Shown here: piece by piece, positions 58,119-64,000 of the stretch | Numbering within the stretch: the stretch's first letter is position 1 | Layout: every line of letters starts with the position of its first letter | Source: Methyloversatilis sp. | GTDB lineage: Bacteria; Pseudomonadota; Gammaproteobacteria; Burkholderiales; Rhodocyclaceae | Assembly (NCBI GenBank): GCA_017984755.1 | Contig: JAGNYW010000012.1 | Location: forward strand, 9,942 to 73,941 | Direction of reading: 5' to 3' | DNA length: 64,000 nucleotides | The notes under the pieces: model-generated | Databases searched by the model: none | What the model was told of the DNA's origin: nothing | What the model saw: the letters and a program-made list of their open reading frames with translations, nothing else | Translations under genes and position numbers: made by a program

Positions 58119-59212
58119 GACCTTGCCTTCGTCAGCACATCGATGAAGCGGGCGTTTTCATGTTCGAGACCGATCGAGACGCGCAGCCACTCGGGCATTG
58201 CGTAGGCGCCGATCGGACGCACGATGACGCCTTGCTCCAGCAGACGGCGGTTGATGCCCGCCGCGTCACCGGCTCGGAATGCGATGAAATTCGCGTATGA
58301 GCGGATGAACTCAATGCCGGCTGACGCAAAGTACGATTCCATCTGTTTCAGACCGGCCGCATTGGCCTTCGCCGACGCACGCACGAAATCCTGGTCGGCC
58401 AGAGCAGCAGTGGCAGCAGCCAGACCGATGTTCGTCACATTGAACGGCTGCCTTACACGGTTGAGCAGATCGATCACCTGCGGCTGGCCGATGCCATACC
58501 CAACGCGCAGCCCCGCCAGCCCGTAGGCCTTGGAGAAGGTGCGCGACACCAGAAGGTTGGGATGACGTTCCAGCCAGCGAGCGCTGTCGTAGGCAAGACT
58601 GTCCGGCAGATACTCGCTGTAGGCTTCATCGAGCACGACCAGCACATCGCGCGGCACGGCGGCGATGAAACGCTTCAGCGCAACAGCTTCGATGAACGTA
58701 CCGGTCGGGTTGTTCGGATTGGCAATGAAGACGACGCGCGTATCGTCACGGATTGCGTCGCGCATGGCATCGAGATCGCACCCGAAATCACGCGCCGGAA
58801 CTTCGATGCCGACGGCGCCGGAAGCCAGCGTGGCCAGCGGATACACGGCAAACGCATGACGCGAGAACACGGCACTTCGTCCCGGCCCGAGCAATGCTCG
58901 CGCAACCATTTCCAGCACGTCGTTCGAACCATTGCCCAGAACGATCTGGTCCATCCCGACATCGTGATGCCGCGAAACCGCCTGCTTCAGATCGAAGCCA
59001 TTGCCGTCCGGGTAACGCGGAATGTCCGCCAGCGCCGCCAGCGCCGCAGCCGACGCACGAGGGCTCATGCCAAGCGGATTCTCGTTGGACGCCAGTTTGA
59101 CGATCGATGACTCGTCCAGCCCCATCTCGCGCGCCAGTTCGGAAATCGGCTTGCCTGGCTGATAGGGCGAAATGGAGCGGATGTGCGCAGCAGCGCGATC
59201 GAATACCGTCAT
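58115..59212 (-). CDS. hisC: histidinol-phosphate / aromatic aminotransferase (class II)
   Basis: KLASNENPLG...NPNNPTG...SRTFSKAYGLAGLRVGY contains the PLP lysine. It sits between pheA and tyrA with 4-nt overlaps on both sides. Confidence 0.85.
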   Translation of the reverse strand: MTVFDRAAAHIRSISPYQPGKPISELAREMGLDESSIVKLASNENPLGMSPRASAAALAALADIPRYPDGNGFDLKQAVSRHHDVGMDQIVLGNGSNDVLEMVARALLGPGRSAVFSRHAFAVYPLATLASGAVGIEVPARDFGCDLDAMRDAIRDDTRVVFIANPNNPTGTFIEAVALKRFIAAVPRDVLVVLDEAYSEYLPDSLAYDSARWLERHPNLLVSRTFSKAYGLAGLRVGYGIGQPQVIDLLNRVRQPFNVTNIGLAAATAALADQDFVRASAKANAAGLKQMESYFASAGIEFIRSYANFIAFRAGDAAGINRRLLEQGVIVRPIGAYAMPEWLRVSIGLEHENARFIDVLTKARS

Positions 59213-60309
59213 GACGCACTCACGGAAACAGGATAGGAACCGAGCACCTTCAGAGAACCCGCTTCTTCACGGATGCGCGCAATCGCCTTGTTCACCGACG
59301 GATCGCTCTGGTGACCTTCGATATCCACATAAAACACATACTGCCAGCCACCGTTGCCGAAGCCACGTACCGGGCGCGACTGCAGCTTGGTCATGCTGAC
59401 GCCTTCATCGGCCAGCGGTTGCAGCAGGCGGACAACCGCGCCGGAGCGATTCTGCACGGTGAAGATGAGCGACGTCTTGTCGCGTCCGGACGGACCGGCG
59501 TCGTGCTCCCCCATCACCAGAAAGCGCGTCGTGTTGGCCGGGTCATCCTCGATATTGGCCGACAGGATGTTCAGATCGTAGACACGGGCCGCTGCTTCTC
59601 CCGCAATCGCCGCCGCACGCTCTTCCTCGGACGCCCGTCGCGCTGCCTCCGCGTTGCTGGCCACTGCGATGACCGGCACCCCCGGCAGATTCCTGTTGAG
59701 CCACTCGTGGCACTGTGCCAGCGACTGCGCGTGGGAATAGACACAGCGGATTTCGCCCAACGGCGTGTCGCGGCTCATCAGGTTCTGTTCGACCCGCAGC
59801 ATCACCTCGCCGCATACCATCTGCGTCGTGCTGAGCAGCATGTCGAGCGTGCGGCCGACGGCGCCTTCTGTGGAGTTCTCGACCGGAACCACGCCATAGG
59901 AGGCATTGCCGGCCTCGACCGCGCGAAAGACGTCGTCGATGGTCGCCAGCGGCAGCAGCGTCGGAGCGGATCCGAAATGACGACGCGCAGCACTTTCCGA
60001 AAACGTGCCGGCCGGGCCGAGGAAAGCCACCTTCAGGGGCTGCTCCAGCGCCAGGCAGTGCGACATGATTTCCCTGAACACCGCCTTCACCGCAGACGCA
60101 GGCAGGGGCCCGGGATTGCTGTCTTCGAGACGGCGCAGCACCTGCGCTTCCCGCTCGGGTCGGTAGATGTTGCCCTGCTTGATTTCGCCGATGCGATGCG
60201 CCAGTCGCGCCCGCCGGGAAATCAGCTGCAACACCTGCTCATCGATATCGTCTATCCCGTCACGCAGGTTCAGGAGTTCTTCGTTCGGACTCGGGTCGGA
60301 TGCCATCAT
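59209..60309 (-). CDS. pheA: bifunctional chorismate mutase / prephenate dehydratase (P-protein)
   Basis: CM domain LLNLRDGIDDIDEQVLQLISRRARL, PDT domain VAFLGPAGTFSE...TRFLV, and an ACT domain with the ESRP-like QSRP motif. Confidence 0.95.
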   Translation of the reverse strand: MMASDPSPNEELLNLRDGIDDIDEQVLQLISRRARLAHRIGEIKQGNIYRPEREAQVLRRLEDSNPGPLPASAVKAVFREIMSHCLALEQPLKVAFLGPAGTFSESAARRHFGSAPTLLPLATIDDVFRAVEAGNASYGVVPVENSTEGAVGRTLDMLLSTTQMVCGEVMLRVEQNLMSRDTPLGEIRCVYSHAQSLAQCHEWLNRNLPGVPVIAVASNAEAARRASEEERAAAIAGEAAARVYDLNILSANIEDDPANTTRFLVMGEHDAGPSGRDKTSLIFTVQNRSGAVVRLLQPLADEGVSMTKLQSRPVRGFGNGGWQYVFYVDIEGHQSDPSVNKAIARIREEAGSLKVLGSYPVSVSAS

Positions 60310-61395
60310 TCAGCCGTATCTGCGTTCAAATTCAGTCATGTATTCGGCCAGCGCGCGAGCGCCTTCGAGCGGCATCGCGTTGTAGAGCGATGCACGCACG
60401 CCACCCACGGCCCGGTGCCCTTTCAGATTCAACAGCCCGCGCCGTCGCGCGCCGTCCAGAAAGCGCGTCTCCAGCCGGGGCTCGCGCAGGAAGAACGGAA
60501 CGTTCATGCGCGAGCGCGAACCCGTCTGAATGCGGTTCGTGTAAAGCGTCGAGCTGTTCAGCACGTCGTAGAGCAGCTTCGACTTCGCTGCGTTCCGACG
60601 GCCCATTTCGGCGACGCCGCCTTCGTTCTTCACGTGATCGAAAACCAGTCCGGCAACCCATATCATGAAAGCTGCCGGTGTGTTGTACATCGAATCCCAT
60701 TCGACGTGGCGGGTGTAATTCATCACCGACGGCACACCCGGGCGCGCACGCTTGAGCAGATCGTCGCGGATGATGACGATGGCCAGACCGGCCGGCCCGA
60801 CATTCTTCTGCGCACCGGCGTAGATAAGTCCGAAACGCGACACGTCCAGCTTTGCCGAAAGGATGTTGGAGGACATATCCGCAACAAGCGGCACATCGCC
60901 TGTATCGGGGTATTCGGCGAATTCGACGCCACCGATGGTTTCGTTGGCGCAAAGGTGAACGTAGGCGGCCTGCGGATCGGGCTGCCAGTCCGAAAGGTCA
61001 GGCACGCGATCGAATTCGCTGGCTGCCGCACTGGCCGCAATTCGCACATTGACCAGTGCCGCCGCTTCCGCCATTGCCTTGTCCGACCAGTAACCGGTAT
61101 GAATGTACTCCGCGCTCTGCCCTTCGCGCGCCAGGTTCAGCGGAACCATGGCGAAGTGCGGCGTCGCGCCGCCGTGCAGGAACAGGATGTGATGCGACTC
61201 CGGCACGGCCAGCAGTTCGCGCAGGTCGGATTTGGCCCGCGCGAGGATGTCGCTGAAGTATTCGCTGCGGTGCCCGAGCTCGAGTGCCGAATAGCCGTCA
61301 CCGTGAAAGTCCTGCCATTCGCGCGCCACACGATCGATCACCGCGTCCGGCATCATGGCCGGACCGGCACCGAAATTGTAAGCGCGCGCGCCCAT
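60310..61395 (-). CDS. serC: phosphoserine aminotransferase
   Basis: YNFGAGPAMMP...GGATPHFAMVPLNL...YAGAQKNVGPAGL...GGVRASLYNAMP. Its stop abuts the pheA start. Confidence 0.95.
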   Translation of the reverse strand: MGARAYNFGAGPAMMPDAVIDRVAREWQDFHGDGYSALELGHRSEYFSDILARAKSDLRELLAVPESHHILFLHGGATPHFAMVPLNLAREGQSAEYIHTGYWSDKAMAEAAALVNVRIAASAAASEFDRVPDLSDWQPDPQAAYVHLCANETIGGVEFAEYPDTGDVPLVADMSSNILSAKLDVSRFGLIYAGAQKNVGPAGLAIVIIRDDLLKRARPGVPSVMNYTRHVEWDSMYNTPAAFMIWVAGLVFDHVKNEGGVAEMGRRNAAKSKLLYDVLNSSTLYTNRIQTGSRSRMNVPFFLREPRLETRFLDGARRRGLLNLKGHRAVGGVRASLYNAMPLEGARALAEYMTEFERRYG

Positions 61396-61403
61396 CGGCC
61401 GAC

Positions 61404-64000
61404 CTATTCCCCGACCCCGTCCCCCGCCTCGGCGTCGCCTGCCGGGGCGTCCCCGTCGACGTCACCCTCGGCATCGACATCGACGTCTGCCTCCGCGTCG
61501 GCTTCGCTGTCGCTCTCGATCACCTTCTCGACACCGGCAAGGCGGGTGCCATCGTCCAGGTTGATCAGCGTGACGCCCTGCGTCGACCGGCCCATCTCCC
61601 GGATGTCGGCGACCTTGGTACGGATCAGCACGCCACCTGTCGAAATCAGCATGATCTCGTCGCTGGTCTCCACCAGCACGGCGCCCACGACCGCGCCATT
61701 GCGCTCGCTCGACGCAATCGCCATCACGCCCTTGGTGCCCCGTCCATGCTTCGGATATTCGGTCACGCGGGTCCGCTTGCCGTAGCCGTTCTCTGTCGCG
61801 GTCAGCACGCTCAGGTCATCGTTCTTCGACACCAGCATGCAGATCACGCTCTGCCCGCCTTCGATCATCATTCCGCGCACACCCCGCGCCGTACGTCCCA
61901 TCGGGCGGACATCGGCTTCGGCAAAGCGCACCGCCTTGCCGGCGTCGGAGAACAGCATTATGTCGTCGGTGCCATCGGTGATCGCAACGCCGATCAGCAC
62001 GTCACCCTCGTCCAGATCGACCGCGATGATGCCGGCCTTGCGGGGATTGCCGAAATCGGACAACGGCGTCTTCTTGACCGTGCCGCGGCCTGTTGCCATG
62101 AAGATGTAGTGGTTTTCGTCGAACTCCCTGACCGGCAGCACCGCCGTGATCTTCTCGCCTTCCATCAGCGGGAACAGATTCACGATGGGTTTGCCGCGCG
62201 AGTTGCGCGAGCCTTCCGGCACTTCGTAAACCTTCAGCCAATAAACGCGGCCGCGACTCGAGAAGCACAGGATGTAATCGTGCGTGTTGGCGATGAAGAG
62301 CTGATCGACGAAATCGTCTTCCTTCACTGCTGCTGCCTGCTTGCCGCGACCGCCACGGCGCTGCGAGCGGTAATCCGCGAGCGGCTGGCGCTTGAAGTAG
62401 CCGCCGTGCGACAGGGTGACGACCATATCCTGCTGCGCGATCAGGTCCTCGATGCCGAGATCCTGCGTATGCACGACGATTTCGGAACGACGGCCATCCG
62501 CGAACTGGTCACGGATCTGGCGCAGCTCGTCTGAAATGATCCAGTTGATGCGTTCCGGGCGGGCCAGGATGTCGAGCAGGTCGATGATCTGCTCGATCAC
62601 CTCCTTGTACTCGGACATGATCTTTTCCTGCTCCAGCCCCGTCAGGCGAGCCAGCTGCATGTCCAGGATGGCCTTGGCCTGGGCGTCCGACATGCGGTAA
62701 CCGTCCGGGAATGATCCAAACGCCGCATCAAGTCCGTCCGGGCGGAAGTTCTCCGCGCCTGCACGCGCGAGCATTTCATCGACCAGCGTCGACATCCATG
62801 CGCGCCCCATCAGCGCAACCTGCGCCTCGGCGCGCGATGCGGACGCCTTGATCAAGGCGATGATTTCATCGATGTTCGACAGCGCGACGGCAAGGCCCTC
62901 TAGCACGTGGCCACGCTCGCGCGCCTTGCGCAACTCGTAGACGGTGCGGCGCGTGATCACTTCCCGGCGATGCGACAGGAAGCAGTCCAGCATTTCGCGC
63001 AGGTTCAGCAGGCGCGGACGGCCATCGACCAGAGCCACCATGTTCATGCCGAAGGTATCCTGCAACTGCGTGAGCTTGTACAGGTTGTTCAGGATGACTT
63101 CCGGCACTTCGTTGCGCTTCAGCTCTACGACGACGCGCATGCCCGACTTGTCCGACTCATCGCGGATGTCGGAAATCCCCTCGACCTTCTTGTCATTCAC
63201 CAGCTCGGCAATCCGCTCGAGCAGGGTCTTCTTGTTAACCTGGTACGGCAGTTCGTCGACGATGATGGCCTGGCGGTTGCCGCGATCGATGTCTTCGAAG
63301 TGGGTGCGGGCGCGCATCACGACGCGGCCACGACCGGTCATGTAGCCCTCGCGCACGCCGGTCAGACCGTAGATGAAGCCGCTGGTCGGGAAATCGGGCG
63401 CCTGCACGATGTCGATCAGCTGCTCGATGGTGGTTTCCGGTTCCTTCAGCAGCAGCTGGCAGGCATCGAGCACTTCACCGAGATTGTGCGGAGGAATGTT
63501 GGTCGCCATGCCGACCGCGATGCCGGCACTGCCGTTGATCAGCAGGTTCGGAATGCGGCTCGGCAGGACCAGCGGCTCCTGCTCCTTGCCATCGTAGTTG
63601 GGGCCGAAGTCGACCGTTTCCTTGTCGATGTCGGCCAGCAGTTCGGCAGCAATCTTGTCGAGCCGGCACTCCGTGTAACGCATGGCTGCGGCGTTGTCGC
63701 CATCGACCGATCCGAAGTTGCCCTGTCCGTCGATCAAGGTGTAGCGCAGCGAGAAGTCCTGCGCCATGCGCACCAGGGTGTCGTAGATCGCCGAATCGCC
63801 GTGCGGATGGTATTTACCCATCACATCGCCGACCACGCGGGCGCACTTCACGTAAGGGCGATTCCACTGGATATTGGCTTCATGCATCGCGAACAGCACC
63901 CGGCGATGGACGGGTTTGAGTCCGTCACGCACATCGGGCAGCGCGCGTCCCACGATCACGCTCATCGCGTAATCGAGGTAGGAGTGCCGCATTTCGTCTT
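61404..64000 (-). CDS. gyrA: DNA gyrase subunit A (5' end outside window)
   Basis: [33 protein letters not shown]...[21 protein letters not shown]. The frame remains open to base 64000. The acidic C-terminal tail is [23 protein letters not shown]. Confidence 0.95.
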   Translation of the reverse strand, partial: DEMRHSYLDYAMSVIVGRALPDVRDGLKPVHRRVLFAMHEANIQWNRPYVKCARVVGDVMGKYHPHGDSAIYDTLVRMAQDFSLRYTLIDGQGNFGSVDGDNAAAMRYTECRLDKIAAELLADIDKETVDFGPNYDGKEQEPLVLPSRIPNLLINGSAGIAVGMATNIPPHNLGEVLDACQLLLKEPETTIEQLIDIVQAPDFPTSGFIYGLTGVREGYMTGRGRVVMRARTHFEDIDRGNRQAIIVDELPYQVNKKTLLERIAELVNDKKVEGISDIRDESDKSGMRVVVELKRNEVPEVILNNLYKLTQLQDTFGMNMVALVDGRPRLLNLREMLDCFLSHRREVITRRTVYELRKARERGHVLEGLAVALSNIDEIIALIKASASRAEAQVALMGRAWMSTLVDEMLARAGAENFRPDGLDAAFGSFPDGYRMSDAQAKAILDMQLARLTGLEQEKIMSEYKEVIEQIIDLLDILARPERINWIISDELRQIRDQFADGRRSEIVVHTQDLGIEDLIAQQDMVVTLSHGGYFKRQPLADYRSQRRGGRGKQAAAVKEDDFVDQLFIANTHDYILCFSSRGRVYWLKVYEVPEGSRNSRGKPIVNLFPLMEGEKITAVLPVREFDENHYIFMATGRGTVKKTPLSDFGNPRKAGIIAVDLDEGDVLIGVAITDGTDDIMLFSDAGKAVRFAEADVRPMGRTARGVRGMMIEGGQSVICMLVSKNDDLSVLTATENGYGKRTRVTEYPKHGRGTKGVMAIASSERNGAVVGAVLVETSDEIMLISTGGVLIRTKVADIREMGRSTQGVTLINLDDGTRLAGVEKVIESDSEADAEADVDVDAEGDVDGDAPAGDAEAGDGVGE

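Noticed and set aside
59311-61785. 824-aa ORF antisense to pheA, serC and gyrA
   Set aside because: It spans three conserved genes and their junctions on the opposite strand, with Arg-rich junk composition.

Overview
High-GC proteobacterial chromosome segment. Gene content and order look betaproteobacterial, possibly Rhodocyclales-like (inference only). Layout: (1) 1-1.9 kb, a decayed prophage fragment abutting tRNA-Thr. (2) 2.1-6.3 kb, signalling genes: a REC-PAS-HisKA_3 kinase, a NarL-type regulator and a GGDEF cyclase. (3) 6.6-13.2 kb, late flagellar genes fliC-flaG-fliD-fliS-fliT, a FliK-like plus free-standing FlhB-C-like pair, and ycgR. (4) 13.3-18.2 kb, a non-flagellar insert: a membrane histidine kinase, a CheY-like regulator, a DUF4394/PEP-CTERM protein, cytochrome c, a cupin and an MBL/beta-CASP hydrolase. 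(5) 18.3-33.3 kb, fleS-fleR-fliE on the minus strand, divergent from fliFGHIJK, fliLMN, a small Pmp3-like gene and fliOPQR. (6) Five tandem 70-bp double-hairpin repeats between the convergent fliR and rpoS. (7) 33.8-64 kb, all on the minus strand: rpoS-nlpD-pcm-surE, tRNA-Pro, merR-ihfA-pheT-pheS-rplT-rpmI-infC-thrS, tRNA-Val, an exonuclease, ydbL-ynbE-ydbH, cysM, comEA, hldA, lapB-lapA, ihfB, rpsA, cmk-aroA-tyrA-hisC-pheA-serC and gyrA (5' end off-window). The most interesting observation is that the kinase at 13332-14534 has an N-terminal three-helix domain that aligns without gaps to the plant ETR1 ethylene-binding domain, with the Cys-x3-His copper site conserved. It is paired with a stand-alone receiver and sits inside the flagellar locus. 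Other points: hand-identified sigma-54 promoters for fleS, fliE and fliK; sigma-28 promoters for fliC, fliL and, unexpectedly, the GGDEF cyclase; the 70-bp repeat array; and a likely AUC start for infC. All promoter and terminator calls come from reading the sequence by eye and need computational or experimental confirmation.
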